Shown: positions 6,800 to 14,737, counted from the first letter of the stretch. The stretch is 16,457 nucleotides of DNA from Okeania sp. (GCF_035285525.1 NZ_JAYKGW010000239.1:1-16457); one strand, 5' to 3'. The notes: generated by a model from the letters alone, not told the origin. A program made the numbers and translations.

Positions 6800-8245
6800 T
6801 TAAAAAGACCGCCTCCAACTAAAGAATTTTTCTAACATATTTTGCTGCCATAAATTCTTAGCATATTTCTGCTTTTTCAACAATAAACCAGCTTGACTAT
6901 TTACTTCAGATAAAGTCGGATAAATATGAATCCCAGTCAAAGCAGAAACAGGCAAATTATGTGACATTGCTAAAACAATTTCATGGATTAATTCACCAGC
7001 AGAAATACCAACTAAATGCGCTCCTAAAATTTCTCCATTTCCCCTAGTAATAATCTTAGCAAATCCTTTGGTTGCAGCTTCAGCTTGAGCGCGGTCTACA
7101 CCAGAAAAAGGTTGCTTTAAAATATAAACATCATCTCCATAACGCTCTTTTGCCTGCTCTTCTGTTAAACCTACTCTTGCCAATTCTGGGTCAGTAAAAG
7201 TTGCCCAAGGAATAACTCGATAATTAGCTTTCTTAAAAGTAATAGGAATCGGAAAAAGCGCCGCATTTGTTAAAGCATTTTTTAAAACAATAACTGCTTC
7301 ATGACCAGCTACATGAGTAAACTGATAACCACCAATTACATCTCCACAAGCATAAATTTTAGAATTAGTAGTTTGCAACTTTTCATTAACAATAATTCCT
7401 GGTTTTCCAGCTTCTACTCCAGCAGCTTCTAAATTCAAAGATTCGATATTAGGCATCCTACCACTAGCGACTAAAATTTCATCAACTAGAATATTTTTTC
7501 CACCTGCTGTTAATTGTTTTTTCCCATTGACAATTTCGACTTTTTCGGCTCTAACTTCCTTGAAAATATTAATTCCTTCTGACTCAAATTGTTCCTGTAT
7601 AACTAGAGCTGCTTCCGGTTCTTCCTTCGGTAAAATATGACTTCTACTAGAAATAATTGTCACCTCACTACCAAGACGAGAAAAAGCTTGACCTAACTCA
7701 CAACCTATTGGACCAGCACCAATTATTGCTAAAGAATCTGGTTTTTCTTGTAGATTAAATACCTTTTCATTTGTTAGGAAACCAGCAGAATTTAACCCTT
7801 CTATAGGTGGAATAGCAGGTCGAGAACCTGTCGAAATCACAAAAGCTCTAGCAGTTAATTTTTGACCATTAACTTCAAAAGTTTTACCGTCTAAAAATTT
7901 ACCTTCCCCAAAAATAACTTCCACACCTAAACCTCGAAATCTTTCTGGTGAATCATGGGGTTGAATATTAGTTATTACTTGTTGAACATGACCAGTTGCT
8001 TTAGCAAATTCAATTTCTGGAAGTTGAGTATAAATGCCAAACTTAGCAGCATTTTTTACTTGATAAGCAACACGAGAAGCATGAATTAAAGACTTACTAG
8101 GAACACAACCATACCACAAACAATCACCACCCAATTTATCTTTTTCAACTAATGCAACTTTAGCTTTTAATTGAGCAGCAGCAGAAGCTACTACTAATCC
8201 AGCAGAACCACCGCCAATAATAACAATATCATATTTAACTGCCAT
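6800..8245 (-). CDS. Class I FAD-dependent pyridine nucleotide-disulfide oxidoreductase (MerA-like / dihydrolipoamide dehydrogenase family), 481 aa
   Basis: Carries the FAD motif IIGGGSAG, the redox-active CxxxxC GGDCLWYGCVPSK (Cys codons 8120-8122 and 8105-8107), the NAD(P)H motif IIGAGPIGCELGQ, GDV and the C-terminal HIYPTLSE interface motif. There is no N-terminal metal-binding domain and no C-terminal Cys pair. Confidence 0.9.
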   Translation of the reverse strand: MAVKYDIVIIGGGSAGLVVASAAAQLKAKVALVEKDKLGGDCLWYGCVPSKSLIHASRVAYQVKNAAKFGIYTQLPEIEFAKATGHVQQVITNIQPHDSPERFRGLGVEVIFGEGKFLDGKTFEVNGQKLTARAFVISTGSRPAIPPIEGLNSAGFLTNEKVFNLQEKPDSLAIIGAGPIGCELGQAFSRLGSEVTIISSRSHILPKEEPEAALVIQEQFESEGINIFKEVRAEKVEIVNGKKQLTAGGKNILVDEILVASGRMPNIESLNLEAAGVEAGKPGIIVNEKLQTTNSKIYACGDVIGGYQFTHVAGHEAVIVLKNALTNAALFPIPITFKKANYRVIPWATFTDPELARVGLTEEQAKERYGDDVYILKQPFSGVDRAQAEAATKGFAKIITRGNGEILGAHLVGISAGELIHEIVLAMSHNLPVSALTGIHIYPTLSEVNSQAGLLLKKQKYAKNLWQQNMLEKFFSWRRSF

Positions 8246-8272
8246 AATTTTACCTCTATAAATTCAGTTATT

Positions 8273-8295
8273 AGGGAATAGGGAATAGGGAATAG
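8273..8295. repeat. Heptamer tandem repeat AGGGAAT x3
   Basis: Read directly, 28 nt upstream of the oxidoreductase start codon. Related GAATAGG units occur at 11095-11115. Confidence 0.8.
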
Positions 8296-8593
8296 TAGGT
8301 TCACAAAAAGTTTGATTTTTTATAAATGTCTGCGCCCTTTGTTTCGACTGTTATATCAGTTATCATTTTATCTTCCTATATGGAGGTTTAAAATACTGAT
8401 TTTTTTGATCTTTTTTCAAGGGAAAGTTTGAGAACTGATTTTCTGATATAAAAATAATCATTAGCAAGAATAAGCTCAATGGAAAAATCAAGAATTTTCA
8501 AGTAATAATTCACGCCTTGAAGTCTCCTCCTTGCCAGGAAAAAATTATTTTTTTTCCTGATTTTTAAATATTCTCCCTTTTAGGGATGAGGTA

Positions 8594-8621
8594 ATTATAA
8601 ATTATAAATTATAAATTATTA
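8594..8621. repeat. Heptamer tandem repeat ATTATAA x3 running into ATTATTA-type units
   Basis: Read directly. The adjoining 21-mer taattatccattattaattat (8620-8640) recurs at 9080-9100. Confidence 0.75.
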
Positions 8622-8729
8622 ATTATCCATTATTAATTATCACTACCTTATAATAATTATTTAAACCTAACAATATTAGTAATATCTGAGAAACTACTGA
8701 ATGTTGATTAAGAACCTATAAAATTAAGA

Positions 8730-8866
8730 TATAGCAATCCTAAATAGATTGTCAGATTTTCTGGTAAGGGTTTGGTCTCCTTTCCCCAAGCACAAATGGG
8801 ATTTGGAAACCAAACCCCTACAGTTTTTTCTCACAAATGATTTCATCTTGCTATAGGATTGCTATA
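8730..8866 (+). repeat. MITE-like repeat family B, long form (copy d) with an extra terminal half-site
   Basis: tatagcaatcctaaatagattgtcag..gtaagggtttggtctcctttccccaagcacaaatgggatttggaaaccaaacccctacagttttttctcacaaatgatttcatcttgctata, followed by ggattgctata (8856-8866), the exact inverted complement of the 5' terminus. Confidence 0.75.
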
Positions 8867-8949
8867 GTTTGAGATGAAGTATAAGCATTTAACCGTAAAC
8901 TAGCCTTCTGTGGAGGAGTTGCCTCTTGCAGAGGAGTGTCGCTTTTTTT

Positions 8950-8975
8950 TAGGGTTTGGAAACCAAACCCCTACT
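8950..8975 (+). repeat. Family B palindromic core only (copy e)
   Basis: tagggtttggaaaccaaacccctac, preceded by a T8 run. Confidence 0.6.
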
Positions 8976-9096
8976 ATACAAATTCACCGAAAAATTAAAG
9001 TATATAACCTCTCTTTATAAGAAAAAAAAGTGTTAGGATATTCTCTTCTCTTCAATTACCTCAAGGTTTTAACTACAGGTAATTATCCATTATTAA

Positions 9097-9564
9097 TTAT
9101 TCATTAATAAAAGTAGATGTTTCAGTAGTTTGTTCTGTGGAATTACTGAAGAATTTTTGAGTTATCCAATCTGTTAAAATATGAGATAATAAACCAAAAG
9201 GTCCGGCAAATAAACAAAAAATTATGGAGTGGACTGTCCAAACACCAGTACGTTGTCCTTCCCAATAAATCCAACGACCAACAAATAAATCCATGACTAA
9301 AAAATGAAGCCATCCGGTTGCTGCTGCTGATTTTTCTCCAAAGAATTTAGCGATATCTGAAAGATTAGGATTTGATAAAGCTGCTGCTGATTCAGGGGTA
9401 AGACTGATAATAAGTAGGTAAAGATAAACGACTACTAATAATAGAAAAGGAATAAAAGATTCCATAATTTTGCGAGTTACTTTCCAGTTAGGTAAAAATA
9501 TTATTAATGCCCAGAATGGTAATACAAATAAATTAGCTCCGTTGAAAATTAAGTCGATTGTCAT
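9097..9564 (-). CDS. ABA4-like / DUF4281 family integral membrane protein (155 aa)
   Basis: Has NGANLFVLPFWALIIFLPNWKVTRKIMES at the N-terminus, WLHFLVMDLFVGRWIYWEGQ, and LFAGPFGLLSHIL. Four or more hydrophobic segments. The pattern matches the cyanobacterial DUF4281 family as I recall it. Confidence 0.75.
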   Translation of the reverse strand: MTIDLIFNGANLFVLPFWALIIFLPNWKVTRKIMESFIPFLLLVVVYLYLLIISLTPESAAALSNPNLSDIAKFFGEKSAAATGWLHFLVMDLFVGRWIYWEGQRTGVWTVHSIIFCLFAGPFGLLSHILTDWITQKFFSNSTEQTTETSTFINE

Positions 9565-9595
9565 TGTGATTGATTCACTCCATTGAGGTAATAAA

Positions 9596-10909
9596 ATGTT
9601 AACAAAACTGATAAATAAATATTATACTATTTCGGTAAAAATGTCTCTAAGAATAATTGCTTTCTTAGCACTTTTGGGATTCTCTCATTTACCAGGAACT
9701 GCAATAAGGTTAAATAATCAGCAAAATCATACCGATAATTATATAAATAAAATGCAGAATAAATTAACTCAAACAGTAGATACAGATATGAGTATGAAAT
9801 TAGTTTCTGCTAATAATAAGTTTGGTTTTAAACTATTTTCAGAAATTCATAAATCTCAGTCAAATGAAAATATTTTTATATCGCCGAGTAGTGTAGCGAT
9901 CGCTTTATCAATGACTTACAATGGTGCTAGTGGAAATACTCAAACAGCTATGGCGAAAGCTTTAAATTTTGAGGGAATGAGTTTAGAAGAAGTTAATCAG
10001 GAAAACAAAAGATTAGGAAGTTTATTAAAGAGTTTAAATTCAGAGGTTAAATTAGATATTGCTAATTCAATTTGGACTAAAAAAGGAATATCTTTTCATC
10101 CAGATTTTATCCAAAGAAATCAAGATTTTTATCAGAGCAAGGTCAGTGAAATTGACTTTAATGATCCACAAACACCAGATATTATTAATAATTGGGTTAA
10201 GGATTCTACTCAGGGAAAAGTTAATCGAATAATTGATAAGTTAGAATCAGATGTAGTTATGGTTTTGTTAAATGCGATTTATTTTAAAGCTGATTGGGAG
10301 CAAGCATTTGCCAAAAATTCTACCAAAGAAATGCCTTTTCATCTACCTAATGGCAAACAAAAGCAACATCCAATTATGTTTCAATCATCTCAATATTTAT
10401 ATTACGAAGATGAAGATTTTCAAGCTGTTAGTTTACCTTATAGAGAAGGTCGGGTAAGTATGTATGTATTTCTTCCTAGAAAAGAAGTAGGATTAGATAA
10501 ATTTTATGAAATTTTAAATGAAGAAAACTGGGAAAATTGGATGGTAATGTTTGACTACAATAAAGTTAATTTAGGATTGCCAAAATTTAAAACTGAATAT
10601 GAAGTTAGTCTGAATAATGTCTTGAAATCTTTAGGAATGGAAATAGCTTTTGATAGCAAGGTAGCAGATTTTTCTGGAATGTGCCCTATTCCAGCAGATT
10701 TATATATTAATGAAGTTAAACATAAAACATTTGTTGAAGTTAATGAAACTGGAACAGAAGCAGCAGCAGTTACCAGTGTAATAATGAAAACTAGAAGTGC
10801 AGAAAAAGTGGTTAATATGTTAGTTGACCGTCCTTTCTTTTTTGCAATTAGGGATAATGATTCTGGTACTATTTTGTTTATGGGAGAAATTACTAATCCA
10901 GAAACTTAA
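9596..10909 (+). CDS. Serpin-family protease inhibitor, secreted; reactive-centre loop with predicted P1 Arg
   Basis: Serpin core motifs: INNWVKDSTQGKV, LLNAIYFKADWEQAF, FQAVSLPY, LGLPKFK, HKTFVEVNETGTEAAAVT and VDRPFFFAIRD. Counting from hinge Glu P17 (10745-10747) puts P1 at Arg (aga, 10793-10795) and P1' at Ser. The more likely start is ATG 9641 (MSLRIIAFLALLGFSHLPGTA signal peptide) rather than 9596. Confidence 0.9.
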   Translation: MLTKLINKYYTISVKMSLRIIAFLALLGFSHLPGTAIRLNNQQNHTDNYINKMQNKLTQTVDTDMSMKLVSANNKFGFKLFSEIHKSQSNENIFISPSSVAIALSMTYNGASGNTQTAMAKALNFEGMSLEEVNQENKRLGSLLKSLNSEVKLDIANSIWTKKGISFHPDFIQRNQDFYQSKVSEIDFNDPQTPDIINNWVKDSTQGKVNRIIDKLESDVVMVLLNAIYFKADWEQAFAKNSTKEMPFHLPNGKQKQHPIMFQSSQYLYYEDEDFQAVSLPYREGRVSMYVFLPRKEVGLDKFYEILNEENWENWMVMFDYNKVNLGLPKFKTEYEVSLNNVLKSLGMEIAFDSKVADFSGMCPIPADLYINEVKHKTFVEVNETGTEAAAVTSVIMKTRSAEKVVNMLVDRPFFFAIRDNDSGTILFMGEITNPET

Positions 10910-11390
10910 GGGTTCAATAATTAACAATTAATAATTATGAATTACCTCTTCATTCTAAATAAGACGATTGATGAAAAGGAATAGTTTTCTTTTCTTGGTC
11001 GATTAGACATGAATAAATAATCTTTATACCTTAATTTTTGGGTCTATCTCAATTTTCAAGAAAGCCAAATTTTTTATTGTTTTTAGGGAACAAAGAATAG
11101 GGAATAAGGAATAGGAAAAAAGTATTTTGGCAAATAGAAATGCACCCTAATTTTTCGGTAATAATTTAGGTGTTATAGCAGTCTAAGAAAAGGGTACGAA
11201 AATTTGTACATGCTGTTTGCGGAAGATTTCCCTATACGAAAAACTCTTTGATATTTTCCTGTTCCCACCTTCTGTGTTCCCTATTCCCGATTCAAGTAGC
11301 GCTATAGCTGAAGTTAAGGTAGTTAATTAAAACCACTATCACCGTCATGGGATTAACTACTCTAAAGATAAAATAGATCAATTAAAATCT

Positions 11391-11494
11391 CAGGACTAAA
11401 ACCATGGGAACCCAGAAACCCAGTTTCTCATAGATGTTTATTATCAAAAACAATGATTTACCGCAGAAACCGGGTTTCCCATGGGTAAGTCGTG
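11391..11494 (+). repeat. MITE-like hairpin repeat, family A, copy 2 (better preserved arms)
   Basis: Arms ccatgggaaccc (11402-11413) and gggtttcccatgg (11472-11484) are inverted complements apart from one extra T. Sub-hairpins agaaacccagtttct and agaaaccgggttt lie in each arm. Aligns with 139-241. Confidence 0.75.
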
Positions 11495-11523
11495 AATCTC
11501 TATAATAATATGAAATCATTCGT

Positions 11524-11549
11524 GAGACCAAATTCCTACGATCAAATCT
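11524..11549 (-). repeat. Family B 5'-half fragment (copy f)
   Basis: The reverse complement agatttgatcgtaggaatttggtctc matches agatttgatcgtaggggtttgg of copy a and gggtttggtctc of copy d. Confidence 0.5.
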
Positions 11550-11626
11550 AAAATTTTGTAACGGTTAAGTCCAACCTAATATAATAGAAAGAACATAATC
11601 TAGGTTCAAACTAGCCATTATTTTTT

Positions 11627-13522
11627 ATGAATAATCCTATATATCCCGGTATAATACTCACTAACCGCTATAAAATTATTAAACAATTAGGACATGGTGG
11701 TTTTGGGCGTACCTACCTCTCAGAAGATAACCACCGTTTCCAAGAACTTTGTGTGCTGAAAGAATTTGCCCCCCAAGTTCATGGTAGTTACGCTTTAGAA
11801 AAATCTCAGGAACTATTTGAACGGGAAGCAGGCGTACTCTACAAATTACGCCATCCACAAATTCCAGGTTTCCGGGAAATGTTTCGTTATAAACTAAATG
11901 GGGAAGGATATTTATTTTTAGTACAAGATTATATAAAGGGTAAAACTTATCGCGAACTGTTAGAAAATCGTCAACTTCAAGGCAAACTTTTTAACGAAAC
12001 AGAAGTCACAAAATTTTTACTTCAGCTATTACCAGTATTAGAATATATTCACAGTTTAGGAGTTATTCATCGTGACATTTCTCCAGATAATATTATTCTC
12101 CAAGCTTCTGATAAATTACCAGTATTAATTGATTTTGGTGGAGTGAAAGAAACCGCAACCAAAGTTGCTTTTGAATATGCTCATCAAGGAGGTGGTATTC
12201 GACCCCAAGCCACAAGATTAGGAAAATTAGGATACGCTCCAGATGAACAAATGCGACTAGGAATTATTAATAATGATAGCGATCTATATGCTTTAGCAAC
12301 AACAGTTTTGGTTTTGTTAACTGGAAAAGAACCCACAGCTTTAATTAACCCTCAAAATTTGACTTTTAAGTGGCGTCAAGAAATTACTCTTAGTGAAAAA
12401 TTGGGAAATGTTTTAGATAGAATGTTAGATTCTAAACCGAGCGCTCGTTTTAAAAATGCTCGTCAAGTTATAGAAGCGCTAGAAAATTTACCATCTAGCA
12501 TGAATTTAGCTATTACCCAAGCACCACCAGATATGGTTTCCCCTCCACCTATTTCTGCTAGTAGACCCTCCAATGTTGCTACCATGGTAGCTTCCCAAGT
12601 TCCTGTAACTACTAACTTTGTGCCAAACTCTTCTATTTTGTCAACAATTTTAATAGTATTGATGACAATATTTAGCATGGGAGGAATAGGTTGGGTAGCT
12701 GGTAATTTTTGGTTAGAATACAAATCTAAACCAAGTGAAATTGTAGATGAAAAACCAGAAGTCTTGATTGATCGCCTCAAAAATTTAGGTATCAATGAAC
12801 CTTTCTTTTTTGCCTTAGTGGATGAATTTTTCTACACTCAATATCCGGAAAAACAAGGTCAAATTTTGAAGCAAGAAGATAGAGTATGGCAAGAAAGATG
12901 GTATGCCATAGCTGATAAATTAGCAGAAAAACTAGAAACATTAAGTCCAGACGCTCGCCGTAGATTAGGTAATTATAGTCAAGATTATATTTATAGATGG
13001 CGGGAGCAACTAAGGACATTAAATATTAGTAGTGCTGCTTTTAATGATTTGAATGATGCTCGGCTTCTTAATTTATTTTCAGGAAAAACTATTGGTAGAA
13101 ACCTTTTGGGTTTACCAATAGGTCAAGTTTGGCAAGCGATCGCTAGTGATACAATGAAAGATTTAGAAAGTAAAAAATCTATGGAAGAAATTCGTTTTGC
13201 ACGAGGTTCTGACAAACAAAATGTTAAGGGTATTCTTCAGCCAGGAGGAGGTAAAATTTATTTAGCTTGGTTAGAAGGTGAACAAGATTTACGAGTTAAA
13301 TTAGAGTCTAATTCTCCACAAGTTTTATTATCTATTTATCCTCCTAACAGTTATCGTCATCGGTCTAGATTATTTATTAAAGATTCTCCTGAAAACCAAT
13401 GGCAAGGTGAAATTAGAAGAGCTGGTTATTATCAATTTGTAGTAGTTTCTAATTCAGCTAAACCTGCAGAATATTCCCTAAAATTATTTGCTGGAAAAAG
13501 TGGAAATAGAAATAATAATTAA
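11627..13522 (+). CDS. Membrane-spanning Hanks-type Ser/Thr protein kinase with large C-terminal extracytoplasmic region (631 aa)
   Basis: Kinase subdomains: GHGGFGRTY, CVLKEF (Lys), HRDISPDNIIL, IDFGG and GYAPDEQ. A Pro-rich linker (APPDMVSPPPISASRPS) precedes one TM helix, about residues 335-363 (12629-12715). About 270 further residues end in a beta-rich module (LRVKLESNSPQVLLSIYPP ... GYYQFVVVSNSAKPAEYSLKLF). Confidence 0.9.
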   Translation: MNNPIYPGIILTNRYKIIKQLGHGGFGRTYLSEDNHRFQELCVLKEFAPQVHGSYALEKSQELFEREAGVLYKLRHPQIPGFREMFRYKLNGEGYLFLVQDYIKGKTYRELLENRQLQGKLFNETEVTKFLLQLLPVLEYIHSLGVIHRDISPDNIILQASDKLPVLIDFGGVKETATKVAFEYAHQGGGIRPQATRLGKLGYAPDEQMRLGIINNDSDLYALATTVLVLLTGKEPTALINPQNLTFKWRQEITLSEKLGNVLDRMLDSKPSARFKNARQVIEALENLPSSMNLAITQAPPDMVSPPPISASRPSNVATMVASQVPVTTNFVPNSSILSTILIVLMTIFSMGGIGWVAGNFWLEYKSKPSEIVDEKPEVLIDRLKNLGINEPFFFALVDEFFYTQYPEKQGQILKQEDRVWQERWYAIADKLAEKLETLSPDARRRLGNYSQDYIYRWREQLRTLNISSAAFNDLNDARLLNLFSGKTIGRNLLGLPIGQVWQAIASDTMKDLESKKSMEEIRFARGSDKQNVKGILQPGGGKIYLAWLEGEQDLRVKLESNSPQVLLSIYPPNSYRHRSRLFIKDSPENQWQGEIRRAGYYQFVVVSNSAKPAEYSLKLFAGKSGNRNNN

Positions 13523-13548
13523 TAATGGATAATGAATAATTAAAAGGT

Positions 13549-13570
13549 AAGCATTTCCTCCGGAATGCTT
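13549..13570 (+). terminator. Weak stem-loop downstream of the kinase gene
   Basis: aagcatt / tcctccgg / aatgctt gives a 7-bp stem. The T-run follows only after 10 nt, so this is not a canonical intrinsic terminator. Confidence 0.3.
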
Positions 13571-13856
13571 CGCAAACAGATTTTTAACAGATGATGTAAT
13601 TATCCATTATCCATTAATGAACTATACTTTATAATTCTGAGAAATTTAGCTTATTGCTTTAATAAAATAGGATTACCAAACAATTAATAATTAATAGTTA
13701 ATAATTATTTATTCAACAATTCACACCTTGCAGCTTCCCCTATCCTAGAAGATAAAAACAATCATGATTAGTCGTCAATCCCCTTCTGAAAAGAAGGGGT
13801 AATTATTAATTATTAATTGCTGAATATATGTCTAATTATCCATTATCCATTGGTTC

Positions 13857-13886
13857 TTGACACATGAATCAAAACTATGAGATAAT
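13857..13886 (+). promoter_or_regulatory. Candidate sigma70-type promoter for the 13931 ORF
   Basis: TTGACA (13857-13862), 18-nt spacer, GATAAT (13881-13886), about 45 nt upstream of the ATG. Sequence match only. Confidence 0.35.
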
Positions 13887-13930
13887 ATATGATTGAAAAT
13901 TAATTATTTAAAATCAACTTAGGAAAAACT

Positions 13931-14200
13931 ATGTGGAAATACATACTTATTGCTTTAATAAGTCTAGAATTAGTTTTACTCAGCGCATTTATTAAAGTTC
14001 CAGCTAATGCAAATATTAGAGATTTAGAAGTTTTTACTTGGGATTATGCTTCTATAAATAATTCTCAAATTGTTTGCAAAAAAGTAAAATTTCAACCTGC
14101 CAATAGAAAGTTGCCAGAATCATCAGATATGGAACCTGTAAAAATTAATTCTCAAATAATAGATGATAGTTATTGTTTTGATTTAACTAAACCTGTTTAA
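13931..14200 (+). CDS. Small secreted protein, unknown function (89 aa, two Cys)
   Basis: aggaaaa lies 4 nt before the ATG. Signal peptide MWKYILIALISLELVLLSAFIKVPANA|N. No family recognised. Confidence 0.5.
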   Translation: MWKYILIALISLELVLLSAFIKVPANANIRDLEVFTWDYASINNSQIVCKKVKFQPANRKLPESSDMEPVKINSQIIDDSYCFDLTKPV

Positions 14201-14207
14201 TTATAAG

Positions 14208-14236
14208 CATTCAGTATTCAGCACTCAGCAGTCAGC
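14208..14236. repeat. Degenerate heptamer repeat (NNNTCAG x4)
   Basis: cattcag tattcag cactcag cagtcag, immediately after stop 14200. Confidence 0.6.
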
Positions 14237-14277
14237 TATGGGTTATTAACTCATTTTCTAGAAAATAAAGTTATTCA

Positions 14278-14320
14278 GAAACCGGGTTGGAAATCAAATC
14301 AATCCGGTTTTTATATTTTT
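14278..14320 (+). terminator. Candidate intrinsic terminator with a long loop
   Basis: aaaccgg (14279-14285) pairs with ccggttt (14304-10) around an 18-nt loop, followed by tttatattttt. The gaaaccgggtt motif resembles family A sub-hairpins. Confidence 0.35.
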
Positions 14321-14378
14321 GAGAGAACATGATATGATAATGTCGGTATTATAGTGATCAACTAAAGAGGAAAAAAAT

Positions 14379-14555
14379 ATGAAATATCGTGTTGTACTCA
14401 ATCGTAGAGATATAATAGTTGAAGCAGAAAGTGAAGAAGCAGCAGCTCAACAAGTAGCAGGTAAAATTAATAAAGGGGAAAAAATTAAGAATATTAAGCC
14501 AGTTACATCATCAAAATCTAAATCAGGTTCTTGGTGGGAAATTTGGCTAGATTAA
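14379..14555 (+). CDS. Unannotated 58-aa ORF (MKYRVVLNRRDIIVEAESEEAAAQQVAGKINKGEKIKNIKPVTSSKSKSGSWWEIWLD)
   Basis: ATG 14379, TAA 14553-14555. A purine-rich aaagagg lies 9-15 nt upstream. It falls below the ORF-track size cutoff. No family recognised. Confidence 0.4.
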   Translation: MKYRVVLNRRDIIVEAESEEAAAQQVAGKINKGEKIKNIKPVTSSKSKSGSWWEIWLD

Positions 14556-14705
14556 AAATAAGCATTCAGATGTCATTGATCATCTAATTGTTTTAATTAG
14601 AGGTATAGCAATCCTATTTTATTAGTATCAAAAATTTAGTTGCTTTTAAGGGAAAGGGAACAGTGAAAAGAAATAGAGTTTCAGAACTCCGAGGTTCACT
14701 CTCTA

Positions 14706-14737
14706 CTGATAACTGATAACTGATAACTGATAACTGA
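14706..14737. repeat. Heptamer tandem repeat CTGATAA x4.5
   Basis: Read directly. The same unit (tgataac x2) abuts the oxidoreductase stop at 6784-6799. Confidence 0.85.

Noticed and set aside
6582-6803. ORF 6582-6803 (+), 73 aa
   Set aside because: It is a read-through of family B copy c and the TGATAAC heptamers. The same DNA in the opposite orientation at 8730-8866 is not open.
8326-8391. 21-codon hydrophobic ORF MSAPFVSTVISVIILSSYMEV as a feature
   Set aside because: There is no ribosome-binding site and no family recognised. It is mentioned only within the intergenic finding.
10272-10457. ORF 10272-10457 (+) inside the serpin gene; ORFs 12463-12795 and 12792-13019 (-) inside the kinase gene; ORF 16212-16448 (-) inside the nuclease gene
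   Set aside because: These are alternative-frame or antisense ORFs within strongly supported CDSs, with no independent signals. The last simply mirrors the GKAE repeat (SAFPSAFPSAFP).
11194-11209. NtcA-type site gtacgaaaatttgtac
   Set aside because: The spacing is GTA-N10-TAC, not the canonical GTA-N8-TAC, and no suitably placed -10 box was seen.
11290-11345. tRNA-like segment (gtagcgctatagctgaagttaaggtag...)
   Set aside because: No acceptor-stem complementarity, no T-loop GTTCRA motif and no cloverleaf could be drawn. I found no tRNA or rRNA signatures anywhere in the window.
61-14737. CRISPR array
   Set aside because: All tandem repeats are 7-12 nt units without unique spacers. There are no 25-40-nt repeat/spacer periodicity and no cas genes.
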